Assembly (NCBI GenBank): GCA_903813345.2
Contig: CAIIXF020000001.1
Location: forward strand, 14,694,001-14,758,000
Reading direction: 5' to 3'
From: Owenia fusiformis
Lineage: Eukaryota
Length of the DNA stretch: 64,000 nt
The translations under genes and the position numbers were made by a program. Of the stretch, positions 1 to 21,000 are shown in pieces; positions within the stretch are counted from its first letter, which is position 1, and each line of letters begins with the position of its first letter. The notes beneath the pieces were generated by a model. The model worked only from the letters and a program-made list of their open reading frames with translations, was not told the DNA's origin and searched no databases.

Positions 1-1084
1 ATCGTCTTCAGACATTGATGGTACGGGACAAGTTTCACAGAGATACAAAATCTTAAAACATGTAAAAAGTGTGATTACAAACCTCAAGCGAAAGAAAATG
101 CGATTTTTATTATTAACCGTTGATTAAAAACGTTTGATGATCACCTTTACTTGAGTGAATTGCCAAAGTGCGCGATCGGCGATCGGCGGAGCTTCTGTTT
201 GCATACATGAAAAATCAAAATAAAGAAGGGCCCTAATAATGGGCAATCTTAGGCCTACATGAAGATAAAAAAGACGATATGATTCAATGATATGATTTGA
301 CACAACGTATACGTAATTAAATCTCGGCACATGAAAAATACAAAAGTTTACTTTTAACTTACATCAATACTTAAAATAGCAGGTAGATGAGGCGATAATT
401 TAATTAATAGTTAGTTATTTTGCGATCGACCGCGGTTGATTTAGCACGTTATTTACGGTCTTTGTACTAGGCCTATAGACGTCCTTGATTCTAAAAGACT
501 GTGGGACGCTAACTTTAGTGGAAGTAATTCATACCGATTGACTTATATTCAAAATCAACTAACTACATTTGATTTAGCAAGGCTAAACCCCATTATCCTG
601 GGAATCGTCTTTATCTTTGTCGGATCATTCAGGTGAGAAATTTATGACGTAATTCAATTGTTCTCTCCGCCAACTGATGGAATTGGATGCCGGTCTTTTC
701 TCAAAATACAAGGTACTTTGACTGAATACTGTGACTACAATTTTTGTAATCTTTTTACCAAAAACTAACATAAGCATAATAATATTCCAGATAAAAAAAT
801 GTGGAAATTTTAAAAAAATCTATCGAGCCGTTTTTCTGTAAATTGAGATCTCCTGAGAGTAAAGTAAGTTTATGGTTTTCCCATAGGATTACATGTTAAA
901 TATGACAATATAAGCAGCATAGGCTCCTCAAAAATACGACCTTTGAACCTTACTTACTATATCTCAACTTACTTTTTCTGTTTAAAATTTCTACAGCATA
1001 TGTACACCACTTGTTTACATACACTGTGCGATTTTCAGGAAATTCTATCGAGGATTTTTTTTGGCTGACGGACCAGGTCCCACC
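1..1084. mobile_element. Right end of a probable non-autonomous TTAA-targeting (Kolobok-like) DNA element; left end not found in the window
   Basis: Ends ...GGACCAGGTCCCACC followed by TTAA (1085-1088), the same CC-TTAA terminus as the complete elements at 9647-10050 and 32071-32615. The left boundary is not established. Confidence 0.4.
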
Positions 1085-1089
1085 TTAAA

Positions 1090-1290
1090 CCTCTTATATT
1101 TTGATGCTTCTCTGCCATGTTAATTCTGAAAATATAACATGGCGAATAGACTTCAAATCATAAGTGGGCACAGGCTTATTGCACTAAACACTAAATAATC
1201 TGAAATATACAAATGTCATTTGTGTGCAATATGAATATATTTTTCGATATATGCACAATAGTCTTATTAGATTTCTTATTTGTCAGGTTC
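1090..1290 (-). repeat. Partial reverse-orientation copy of the MITE at 39494-41471
   Basis: cctcttatattttgatgcttctctgcca and atatacaaatgtcatt...gatttcttattt are reverse complements of sequence at about 41120-41315. Confidence 0.7.
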
Positions 1291-1802
1291 AACTGATTGC
1301 CTTTGAAGCAGTGTAACAGACTGTAAGGTGCTACTTTTAGCTATTTTTCAGTCACATTTTCAGAGAGCTGAAAAAGTTATTTCATCATGTTTAATGTAAT
1401 TCTGGACAGTTTACATTGTGATCCTGGTCATGTATATGATATGTGGAACTAGTTAAACTGACTGGATGTCAAAATAGAACATAAAATTATTATTTTTAAA
1501 CCCAGCATGGTTTTGTCACTTCCTGTTTTGTCATTTTCTGTGTGAGACCTAATTTATTCTCTATATTGCAATTCCAATGGAGCTACTCAGAGCTGACTTT
1601 GACTTCTGTCAGCTCGGAAGAGTAAGTGCAAGGCATGGAAAATTCTTCTATATTGTAATCATAAGGTCAACCTATTGTGATCTTCTCTGGACTTTTGTCC
1701 TGGCACCAGATAATAATTAGTACAGATAGACAGATGCACAGGATGACAGCTGGGTCTGTCTTCTATTTTGGATCAACAAGAACATTTTGAATCTTTACTC
1801 AC

Positions 1803-2021
1803 ATATTGTTTCAGTTCATCCTCAGTGCCCTTGAAAAACTTCTTCTCGTATTCGTATCGAGTCATTTTTGTCACAACTGCAGCTGTTTTTGGGTTAAATG
1901 CTGACTGATCCCCATTTTGGAATAAATTTCTCCTTGAGAAGTGTCCATACACGGACACTTGCAAGATATTTTGACAGTTTTGGACATTTCCAATGGTTCT
2001 AATTAACCTGTTATGCCACAT
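1803..2021 (-). CDS. NADK2: First coding exon of a mitochondrial NAD kinase 2-like gene; further exons not found in the window
   Basis: 73 codons from ATG 2021 to a phase-0 GTGAGT donor at 1802. FNPKTAAVVTKMTRYEYEKKFFKGTEDELKQY resembles the recalled NADK2 N-terminal block FRPSRVVVVAKTTRYEFEQQRY..SEEDLKQL. The preceding leader is Arg-containing and acid-poor, like a mitochondrial presequence. Confidence 0.75.
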
Positions 2022-2497
2022 TTCGTAAGCTTGGTATACTATGGTTTAGTAGACATAATTATATTCAGTAAACGTTGCCTTCAAGTGGGAATATTCCAGA
2101 GAATTCACCGAAACATTTAATTTTTGTTGACAGGGATCGCCATCTTGACCTCTTTCTGAAATTGATAGCGAGTTTGACCTATATAATAAATCCGTTATTT
2201 CGTATGAATTTCATTTATCTAGGAATCAATGATTTTAGTACTAATTGAAAATGAGTTGTAGCTAATAAATCAAAACACATGCATTCATTTGGTTACTATA
2301 TATTTTAAGAAAATATAAGTGAGCTAGTGAGTTTTGTATCAATCTTTAAAAAATACGTAAATAAGTTTAGAATGGTTTAGTAGCTAGCACCTGTAGGCTG
2401 TCCACGAAACATTACTTTTCTCTAACAGCTGCTTTCTTACAATAACTATGATCCTGTTCCGATAGTGTTTGATCATTGGTAGTGATTTACTCCCAAG

Positions 2498-8968
<6,471 letters not shown>

Positions 8969-9646
8969 CAAGCCCCTTCCATTTAGAATCTGAGGAGGGG
9001 ACATGGGTATCCATGCTGCTCCAACATATATTTTGGTTATGGGGAGGACAGGGGGTTGGGATTGATGGACAACTCAACTCATCTGACCAACAGTGCAATC
9101 TACTTCGCCATGTTGCAATTACATCAATACATTCTTAAGACTTTTGTGTCACAATGTTCTCAGATTACATTATACAGCATATACTGTGAACAAAGGACTC
9201 AAATTTAAAATGTGTCTTGATGGAAGCAGTGAGATGGAATTTGATATTGAATGGATGGAAGTTTATATTGAATGTGTTAATGTCATTGCAAGAGATACTG
9301 ATAGAAACACAAATTGACATCATATAAAATTTTAATCAAGTTATATTTATTTCATGAGTTTCATCATTATGGTTTTTGGATCACAGTTGTTATATTTTTG
9401 TTATAGCCTATATGGCTATACATGTACAGTATAGGTCTATTAGGCCTTATTTCAGTAAATAAGTGTCTAAAAAGTAAAAAGAGTGGTGCCTAAATAAGTA
9501 CTCAACGATTACAGGAGCCTAGAATAATATAAATGTTCACTTGTCTTTAAAGAGTGCAGGCTTCATTGAGTAGAATTTGTTGAATGGGTATTGTTTAATT
9601 TATATGTGTTTCTTTTGATTTTATCAAGTAAAGGTTTATATCTTAA

Positions 9647-10050
9647 GGTACAGCTGGAAAATAACATTTTGGTAAAAAATTGTTATACCTGTACATGTTA
9701 TTTTCTGGTGCAAAATAAAGTATGAAGGCATGTGTCAATTTCCTTGCTTTTTTCAGGAAAGTATCATTACATTGTCTTCTTTTAGAATATCTGGTAGGAG
9801 TTCAATGGGTACTCCTGGAAATTCTTATATTTCACACTTTCTATTTTTCCAAATTTTCTTTCAAAGTTTCCAGACAACACAGGAGCTACCATTGACCTGT
9901 TTCCAGGTTTACTAAAAGAAGACAGTGTAATGATACTTTCCTGAAAAAAGCAAGGAAATACACCCATGCCTTCATACTTAATTTTGTACCAGAAAATAAC
10001 ATGTGCAGGTATAGCAATTTTTTACCAAAATGTTACTTTCCAGCTGAACC
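9647..10050. mobile_element. Fold-back MITE with TTAA target duplication (Kolobok-like)
   Basis: TTAA-GGTACAGCTGGAAA...TTTCCAGCTGAACC-TTAA, with inverted arms of about 135 bp. Confidence 0.85.
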
Positions 10051-10548
10051 TTAACTGCTTCCGTCTATAATCATGGAGTTACAGAGTGTAAGTCTACAAC
10101 AAATGCTGTATTATTAAGCTTTATCTTATTTTTTGCTTCAGAAACTTTCTTCATTTAGTAATTCCTAGGTGATTTTACATGAAAAAAATGAAATTTTGAA
10201 TATTGAGTCTATTCAAATAATTCAAGCCATCAAGTTTGGCTCTTACATGCCTCCAATATTATTGTTTATAAACTGTAGTGCATGAGTACCAAAAGGTTAC
10301 CTTACCTGTACTGTGATATATGTAAATGTGTAGATTTAGTTATTACAGTCTGACACTGTATATGCCATGCATGTTATTTGTATACTCGTATGTAATGTAA
10401 AACATGGCTCTGTTAGAGTTCTGACACAAATTGTTCAACTCCTGGATGGAAAATGTGCCTAGTGATTAAATTATTAATTTTGCATAAAAGAGTACTTGAT
10501 TTGAACACATGTTTTACTTTGCACTTTCTTGCCCATGAGAATACAATA

Positions 10549-10725
10549 CAGTTAAACCTGTCGAATCCAAACACCACTAACACTAGCTCGAAGTGTTTGG
10601 ATTAGCCAATGTTTACATTGCAATGTCTCTAACATGTGAGTCAATGGGAAAATTGGAACTGAGAAAAGTTTTCTCATTGAGAGGTAGCCAGATTAGAGAA
10701 GTGTTCAAATATATAGGTTTTCCTG
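10549..10725. mobile_element. Short TA-flanked CAG...CTG MITE (Tc1/mariner-like)
   Basis: taCAGTTAAACCTGT...ATAGGTTTTCCTGta. Similar remnants start at about 33786 and 49249. Confidence 0.5.
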
Positions 10726-11439
10726 TACAAGGCCACTTAAATGTTAAGGCAATCGTCATCTGTTAAAATGACTCAGACACGTTGCCCAATGTGTCCATGG
10801 AAAACGTTTGTTGTATTCTAGCCAGCAATATGCATGTGAATTTATTTCGTACTGTACACACATTGCTATGCTGTTTATATGAAATTGATGATTTGATGCA
10901 GTATTAAACGAAGGTGCAATCTAGTACTTGCAATTTGATAATGCTGTGAACCAAAGTGGAAGAATTCTAGGGAAGAAATATTTTAGTGATGACTACTTAT
11001 TATTTTATTACCATGAGAATGTATGATGGAAGGTATGACAAATGACAAAAGAAATAAACATGCATGGATAATGTAAGAAAAACTTCATTAAAAATTTAAT
11101 CAACAAAAAAGCATAGATCATTTTCATATTCAACTGTTCATGACAACCATGTTTCATAATCAAACAAAAATGTTGTTGTCACAAAACATAATTTAAGAAA
11201 GTACAATTCATCTAGGTCATCAATTTTGCTTTATTTATTTTGCTCTTAAAAAAGACAATTTTTTCATTGTATGCTTTTGTCTACATGTGTCTAGTACCTT
11301 GCTTCTACGCTATGGCATGGAGTCAAATTTTGGCATTGTATAACTCTTAAATACATTGATGATGATAAACCTTGTGCTGAAAAATGATTTCTAAGGACAC
11401 AAAACACAAAGATTTATTTATTGTTTGAAGTTACTTGGT

Positions 11440-11590
11440 AATGCTGTGGTCACAGTTTCTCCAATTTTCAGTACTGGCGCCAAGCCAATGAGTAATTTGT
11501 TCAGAATTGCATTCAGTTTTGAGCAAAATACTCATCGCATCTGACTGGTGCCAGTTTTGAAGATCGGAGAAAATGTGACCACACCATTAG
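11440..11590. repeat. Inverted-repeat hairpin element
   Basis: aatgctgtggtcacagtttctcc...ggagaaaatgtgaccacaccatt. Confidence 0.65.
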
Positions 11591-14500
11591 TCAAACATCA
11601 TGCTGTCACTATATTTTTGATTTTTGCCATAAGTTGAATGCTTTGATGATGACAAACCTTTTTAGGTTATACAAAAATGACATAAGTACACAAAAATCTG
11701 TTTTTTGAATTTAATGTCAGTCATGCATCATGTTGTTACAAAATTTTATTTTTGAGATAAATTGCATGCTACTTGTATTACTATGGCAAAAACTACGCTA
11801 AATTGTCATCTTTCATTCCATTTTTTTATTTGAAGAATTAAATTATCAACTTGAAAAAAGTCAATGTTAAAAGATGCAATGATGTTAACAAACAGAATTT
11901 GTCCATAAAGTGGTATATGGCATAAGCATACAATTAGTATGTGATAATATAACATTTAAACAGATGTCATAAATAACATGTTGGCTCTATCAGTATTGTA
12001 CAAAATAATGGACTTGGTGTGTCATGTATCTGGAATTATTTTACAAAAGCCTATGAAATAAAATAAAAAGAGAAACAGAAACATTTAGCTTTACTTATGT
12101 CTTTTGTAGAAATCATGACTTTTTGACTAGAACATCACTGGTACCCTTTTGGCATTAACAAATACATGACCTTGACCTTCTGATAAATCTTGACCTTCCT
12201 TTGGCTCAAATTGTCAATGGACCATATAAGTGCAAAAACACTTAGCACTCAAGTAAGGTAACCTATGAATGTGAACTTGACCTTGACCCCATTGAAGAGA
12301 CTTGGATTTTCAGTTTGGATCCAATATGTTAATCTTTCAGGGGATTAGTTTATGTTCAATGAATATGGACCAGTTAGGGCCACAGGGTAATTGAGAATAT
12401 TTATTTTATTTACAAAGTATGAAAATGAACAATCAAACTGTGTGATACATGGCGCAACAATTTATTAATCCGTGTAGTCTATTAAGTGAAGGAAATATCA
12501 AAATAACATCAAATTTCACCAATAGATGGCAAGCCTAAATAATCCACTATTCACGTATTATCGCCCAATAATAAGATGGTTCTTTGTTCACTTATTTCTG
12601 CACTGACGGACAAAAAGTTTGAGAAAACAAGTTTCCGATGGCTTTCAAGGTAAGTATCTTTGTTCATCATTAATTTAAATTATTCAAGGAAGCAAAGCAG
12701 ATACATTTAGTGATTTCGATCACCGATTTACATCCGAAAAATGAAATGGAAAAGGGGACGTGAAAAAGATCATGTCCCTGAAAAACACCTCAAAGGAATC
12801 CAACAATGTTGATGAAATAGAAATTTCATAACATTTTGTTTATTAGGGAAATTCACTATGTTATATTACTTTTATTTAGTGACACAACTTTTTATAAGAT
12901 AAACAAAGTGATATTGTTACAGTAATAGACCATTAAAAGTGAATAATTAAATTTTTGCATCTAGAAAAATATGGGGTTTGTATGTTGTAGTTGACCTTTT
13001 TTCTTGTTGACCTCGCTTAATATTCCCTTTCATTTATTTCAGTTACCATTTATATATCCAAATAACAGAATACAATATTAACAATAAGTGTTTTGTTGGA
13101 ATAATTTTTTGTGTTTTGATCTATAATATTAAATCCCTAATTAGGTATGTGTTATTAGTTCTAGTTTGTACCAGTTTTCATAATTAGGCTATTTGACAAA
13201 TGAAATATGAAAGCAAGCACCTGTCTAATATTTCAGGAGATATTAGTAAAAACAATAAATACTTCCAATTATACATAGATCCACGATTTAGAAAAGTGTT
13301 GTTTTATATTCAATTTCCTTTCTTTCATAAATCCAATTGTGAGGTTGTCTAAGGTCAAAGGGTGCAATATTATTGATCATTTGTTTAGTTCGTCAGATTT
13401 AGTGTTTCTTGTACGGAAGATATAGTGCCACAAACAAAAGAGGTCAAGAGTGAAATGTTTGTTTTGAAATATTTGAAAGAAGCTAGCTCTATACAATAAA
13501 AAATGACTTATGTTTTTGTTCACCAGTTTCCTTTCAATAAATGGTTGGTTTTTTAATTGGCATTTCTGTTAGGAATGATGTCAACATTTTAGTGCTGTCC
13601 TGAAAACATTCATTGTCATAATATTATTACATATAAGACATTACCCATTCCATAGGGTTTCTCTTGAAAGCCCATGCCCATTCCTTCCCAAAAATCATAA
13701 TTGAATATATATCAATTTAAAAAAATTAAAGTTGCTAAACTTTAAACCAACATGATTATAATATAATTTCACCCCCTCCAATAAGCTGTAGTTTTTTGGT
13801 GTATATTGATACATTGGTCTTTCCTGTTACTCTTAAATACAGTGTCTGTAAATGTATACATATATATATATATTTTATTTATTGCTGCAAATATTCAATA
13901 TGGTCAAGGCTCATATAATTGCCTGCAGGTGTGGTTCCACATGGATAATTCACAAAGTTTAATTGTATGCTTTTTCTGTATGGAGGTTTTAATGCACTAT
14001 ACTTCTTTTTTTTATATCAGTTGGTCAACCTGCACTGCATTTATATTCATAGAATTGGTACTTCTCTTATTTGAATGGGTATGGAACATGGTGACCTATA
14101 TACACACTAGAGCTTCTTCATAGTTAGCCACTCGGCGTTTACTATGATCACTCTTGATCACTCAATACTGTGGTGAACAATAAAATATGTCATTTTGTTG
14201 AGTTGAATACCTGTGCATCAAACAATATTAAGAAGCACATGTATTCATTGAAAATAGAATATGGCACATGTTCTATTATTTACTGTTAACATTCCTCATT
14301 TCTAGATCTTCACTTATGTTTTTATTGCCTTTAGTGTGAATGGGTACCACCATGAATTCTCTAGAAACTGGGGTATATGGCATAAGGATACACTGGGCAA
14401 AATGCCAGTCACATGTACAGTAGTCACATGTAGGACATAGATCAATCATAGAGTGATGAATATGACAGGGAATCATAATGACTGTTATTCAACTCGTTGC

Positions 14501-15007
14501 CATATGGACATAAGTTGATGATGATTTATAAAATTGCTACTTGATTTCAAATTTACCCTAATTCTCTGTTTGCCGCTTCTGTCACACATGTTTTTATTCA
14601 CTATCACTATGAAAGTAGATGTTTCTCTTACAATCAAGGAAGAGTAAAGATATAAAAGTATGGTTCAAACAATACAAAGTGAACAATCACCAACAAACAG
14701 AATTGATTGAAATTATGGACGTGCATCAATATACTGACCTTTGTATGTGACTTAAGGTTTAAGCACCCCTTTGTTGTAGTGAATGCATATCTTTCCATTT
14801 TGACTGTTGGTCATTCACATCTGTGACAGGAGAAGAGTGGTTGTTCAAAGAATTTTCACCATAGTTTTGAAAATCTCTACCAGAGACTAAGACTGTTTGT
14901 GGCTCATTTAAAAATCTAAGGCACATGGTGACTCAGCACTTTGGGACAACTAACTGAATGGTAAATTGTTTTCTAGGATTTAAGAAATTGCCGTTAGAAA
15001 GAGCAAA

Positions 15008-18000
15008 ATGGCTGATGGGATTGATGAGGATGCTGTTGTGCCACATAATACAACCCCAGAGGGTCGTGGGAATGATGAGAGTGATGTGGTAACATTCAAC
15101 ATGCCCCCTGAAGTAGAATTGAAACCCTCTCAGGTTGATAACACTAGACTAGGTAGGTTACTTCACTTAGATTAGTGGTGTAAAAGTTATGGAGAATTTT
15201 GGGATGTACATAAATATGAATAAATGCGAAGAATAACTACATTCTGCACATCTACATTACATGCATTATAAAGAAAAAATGGCAATTGGTCAAATAGTAA
15301 TTTGGTCAGAATGGTAACTGTAATACAGTCTGGATTGAAAAGGTTTTAAACTGATTTGAACTGATTTCACCATTTAGAATACTGTACTTAGTAGTTATCA
15401 AACTTTGTTTATTGTAGGAGCTTGGTGCAAATACTCAATACCAATTGGCTGTAGGTTTGGTCCTTTTGTTGGAGAGAAGGTGAAGACATTACCAAGCAAT
15501 GTGGACACCCAGTATGCATGGGAGGTAAGCACAAGGAAGGAGGATGCTCACTCAGGGGTTTCACTAGAATTTATCACAACAGTCTAAATAAACGAAAACA
15601 ACAGGCAAAATTAATGGAAATCATAAAGAATGGGTATCGATATGGCGAACTTTTTGAGCACACGTTTCTCTTAAACCAGTCATCCAAAATTTCTGAAAAT
15701 CTTACAAATTGTCAATCTAATGGCCATCTTTTGAATGGTAACAATATAATTTGAAATATAAAATCAAATACTGACTATAAAATACTAGCATTTGTACTTG
15801 CAGACAGGCTACAGTTAGTAATTGGGAAACTTATTAGTTTACACCAAACTGCATATATAAATGGTAGATACATTGGTAACAGTTGCCGCTTAGTGTTAGA
15901 TATTTTTGAGTATTTTAAAAATAATAACAAAGGGCAAGGATCAATTCTATTTTTAGATTTTACGAAAGCGTTTGATTCTATTGAATGGAACTTCATGTTT
16001 GAAACTTTAAAAAAATTCAATTTTAACATTAACATCATCAGATGGCTTAAATTATTATATACAAATCCATTTATTAACATTAAACAAAACGGATGGCTAT
16101 CACATAATATTCCAATGGAACGCTCATGTCGGCAGGGCTGCCCCGTTTCTGCAATTTCATTCATATTATGCTGTGAAGTTATGTCTTTGAAAATAGTTCA
16201 AAATAGAAAAATAAAGGGTATAGAAATTGATAACACAGAATATAAAATTTCACAATCAGCAGATGACACATCATTATTTATCAAAGATAAAGCATCCATA
16301 AGTGAAGCATTAAAAACTATAAAACAATTCTCGAAATATTCAGGACTTCAACTAAATTAAAAGTAAAACAGAAGGAATATGGCTTGGAACCAATCGTACT
16401 TTTGAAAAAAGAAAATATTAATTTTACAGATGAACCTGTAAGATATTTAGGCATATATATAGGTCACAATGAACATAAATGTTATGATTTAAATTGGAAT
16501 GAGAAAATAAATGACCTTGAAAAAATTCTTGATTCTTGGAAAAAAAGACACCTTACCTTATTTGGAAAAATCACTGTTATAAAATCTTTAGCTATATCAA
16601 AACTTATCTACTCAGCATCAATTTTATCTTTTAAAGAAGAAATTATAAAGCGAATAAACAACTTGATATTCAACTTTTTATGGAATGGCAAGAAAGACAA
16701 GATTAGGCGAACTATTATGATAAACAATATAGACAATGGGGGTCTAAATATGCTGGATTTAGAATCACAGCTAAATGCTCTTAAAGCTGTATGGATTACC
16801 CGTATATACGACAAAATCAATATGTTTAACAAAATTCCATACTTTTATTTTGACAAACTTGCTCCAAGTTTGGATATTTTGTTAAAAATGAATGTATTTT
16901 CTAAAGACCAGCTTGAGGGATTACCTATTTTCTACAAACAAGTTTTGAAAGCATTCAATAGCTGTAAAGATCTTGATGAAATAAAAAATCTGAAACACCA
17001 TGAAATAGTCCAGCAAACCATATGGAATAACAGATTATTTCAATTAAAAGGCAAACCACTTTTCTTTAAATCTTGGATAGATAGTGGTATTATTTATGTC
17101 AAAGATATTATCATTCGAAATGATTTTTTAAATGTAAACTATATTCTAGAAAAATTGAGAAATAAAATAAATTGGATTTCAGAATATTTTCAAGTCTCAA
17201 TTGCAATGAAATCAATAAAAAAAATCATTAACATAGAACAAGCAAACTTCACAAATATATCAAGAAAACTCAATTTCAAAATAAAAAATGTCCAATTAGA
17301 TTTTAGAGGCCAAAAATCCAATTTCTTTTATAACATATTGAAGAATAAAAAATCTGAAAAATGGTTTGTCTCAAAAAAATGGGAAAGAGATTTCTGTATA
17401 ACAAATCAATGTAAAATAGATGAAATAAATTGGCAGAATTTTTTTGTTAGCAAGATCATCAAAATTAAAGACAAAAAAGTTGCCAATTTTAATTTCAAAC
17501 TAATTAATAACATACTTCCTGGGTTAACTGACTTATTTATCTATGGTATAACAAATTATTATCATTGTAGTATTTGCAATCACTTATGTGATTTGAAACA
17601 TATTCTTTTTGAATGTTGTTTGTCAAAGGATATATGGAAATTTATATACAACACATGTGGTCTCAATATTTCGTATAGAAAAATAATAATTGGTTATAAT
17701 GGCCAAGACTCTCAAACTAATTTTCTGAATTATTTTACAAGTATAGTTGCTTACAGCATTTACAAATCCTATATTTTAGAACTGAATAGTAAAGAACAAA
17801 GAACATTTGAAAAGATACTTTTTTATGATAAAATATGAAATTAATTGTAGAAAAAATGTGTATTATTGTTCCAAATGGAATTTATTATCCAAACTACTGC
17901 AATGAGATTATGTAAACCTGTTTTTATAAATCATGTACTGTCTATATATTTAGTAAATGAATGAAATAAAGACTATTTTAAAAGAAAAAAACAAAACAAT

Positions 18001-21000
18001 ATAATTTGAAATAGATATACATACTTTCATCTATATTGTTTTAAAAAACACATCAAACACTTGTTTTGTCCTTGGTGTTATGTTTCCAGAGTGAAATGAA
18101 ACATCTTTCCGAACCTCATTGGAATAAAACGACATAAACACAACATGTTTAGGTCTCTCAATATTGTAATTGTACAAAGGAAATTTTGGTTGATTTTAAA
18201 AAAGTATCTTGTTAATGAAATAAAAGGGTTTTCTTGATTTTTATCTATTTTGGGGAGATTTTGTTTTAATTTTTTGAATACTTTTTTAAAATCAACCAAA
18301 AATTCCTTTGTATAACTTTAATATTGAGAGGTCTAAAAACATGTTATATATGCTATTTTGTTCCAACAAGGTTTGGAAAGACATTTTATTTCATATTCAA
18401 GATTTGGTAGAAAGGAGCAAAAACAATTGCGATAAAAAAAACAAAAAATATTAACAAAAACAGTTATATAAAATATTTCTAAATAATTTTCGCATTAAAT
18501 TGTTGTCAATCAGTCAACATTATATAAAATACCATGATTTTTTACAGAATGTTTTCAATGATTGGTTTAAGAGAAAAACATTGTTGAATTCAGTTCTCCA
18601 TATTGATACCTATCCTTTAACATGGAAAAGTTGAAATGTCCCAAAAATAGGCGATGTTGTGAAAACAACTGGTGAAAATTGCCTGTTGCCAATTGCTAAT
18701 GAAACGCCTGCTCACTAGGGTTTATGACTGTGTATATTAATGAACATTGTGAGATTCTCCCCCTAAATGGTCAACTTGCATTGGGAATAAATTCCAAGTC
18801 CCTTTTGAAATTTTCATCTCAAAAATTAGTCACATGTGAAATCTTGTCTAAAGATTTTTAGGCAAACTTTCTGAGCAATTTATTTTAAAGTTGAAATCAG
18901 GAATTTGAAACATCAATTTTGAATTTTCTGTCCCAAAATGTTATCTCAATATCACAAGGAACAATTTTATGAAAGAATAATACATGTACATAAAAAATTA
19001 TTTAAAAATTTCTAGCATCAAAAATTCAGTATGCTATTCAGACTTTTATTTAGTCTGTCAACTGATTGATTTTTAGATTGAATATATTATATACTTTAGT
19101 AGATAATACTTGAAAAATTCAATTGATTTTAGAAAAATGAAAAAAGTAGCTAAAATCTGCAGCGCAGAGTTTGAAATTTTGGATAAGATGAGGCAAAAAT
19201 GTAACAATGGAAATTGAACAGTGAAAATGACTTTAAGCAAAAGAGAAATGTTGCATTGAATGAAAAACCTATAAGCTTATGTAGTATTGTACTTTGTAAA
19301 GCTTCATAATAAAATGAACAGATTATAAATTGTTGCATCTATATACACAGATACTGTATTGATAGAACAATAGTTATATAGCATATTATTGTGTTTTAGA
19401 TCCTAGACAAAAGGAATAGAACTGTACTATATTACCTCAACGCCAGCAATGCCAAGAATGCAAATTGGATGCGACATGTCAACTGTGCACGCTACTACGA
19501 GGAACAAAACCTTGTTTCGATACAAGAGGGGAAGCAGATATTCTATAAAGTTATAAAGGTACAGAGCATGACATCTAAAGAGTCAATAAAAGATCGTATA
19601 CTGTATATTTTATAACATGGGGTCTATGGACCATCTCCCCAACTTATAAATCACATTTTCAAAGAAAATTAAATTTTCAAAGTTGAAAAACATTCTTTAA
19701 ACCACATTTTAGATGTAATTTTACATGTAGATTTCAAATATGATACCACTTTGACAGAATTTTGAATTTTAATGACATAAATCAAGATTATTTCTACTCG
19801 CATCTAGTCTATTTGTGTCAATTATACATTTACATGTATATAGGCAGCATAATATCATCATAAATGTAACATTTGCTATTTCAAGAAAATATAAGCCTAC
19901 CAGGCATCTCAAAATTTGATAATTTTGACTCAAGCTGTAGTGTTTGGCATTGTGTGTATGTAAAGCAAATTTAAGGTATAGATTACCAGACCTCCAATGA
20001 ATTGAAAGTTTTGGCCCAATCTGTAGTGGCTGACATTGTCTGTACATATAGCAATATTTAGGTAGATCACCTGGCATCTCAAAAATTGACATTTTGACCC
20101 AATCTCTAGTGTTTGATATTGTCTGCATTCATATCTTAGCTTTATTTACATTTTCCAGAATATTAACCCAAATGAGGAGCTGTTGACATGGTATGAGAAA
20201 ACAAACATCAAGGGTGCTTCAGTATCTGCTGAGAAACCTGACGATGTAGAGAATGATGTTTCAATAGCAGACAATTCCATAGAAGTAGGGGAGACCTTAG
20301 ATAATAACACAGTTGATTCTGATGATACTATAGTTGACAACCCTCCACCAACCACACTGATTGACAACAAACCAGAGTTGCCTAAGCCAAGAAAACGAAG
20401 GAAAAAGGTTAAGCGGTTAACACTGAAGAACAAACGTAAAAGACAAATAGACAAGAATAATGTTGACAGTAATACTACTGATAAATACTCAGATGTTAAA
20501 GACAATGGAAATGTAAGGAAAAGAGTACGAAAGAAAAGAGGAAAATTATTACGATTAAAAAATCTAAACATTGAATCCAAAGTGGCAGCTAAACCATTAC
20601 ATGACTCCGGACCTAATAGAAGACTGACTCGCCTGCAGGTTTTGTCCAAGAAGAAAAAAGGAAAAGTTGACTTACAGCCTAAACACTTAAAAAGCAAAAC
20701 ATTAGACATGATCTCAAGGGACAAAACGGCTCAGCAGAATGATGATGGATTCTATACCTTTCAGTTGCTAAGACAACATATAATTAGAGATCGAAAAGGT
20801 AAACCTGCATATAAATGCAACATTTGTCAGTTGGTATACAGCTATATTCACAGTCTGAAACGTCACTTCATACGCAACCACATAAACTATAAATATGTCA
20901 GTAGCAATGACAGGATTCAATGTAATCTGAATATAGAACTATTAAAGAGTATGGGTAGAAATCTTGAAACAGGCACACCTCTGAAGAAGCATACTCCAAG

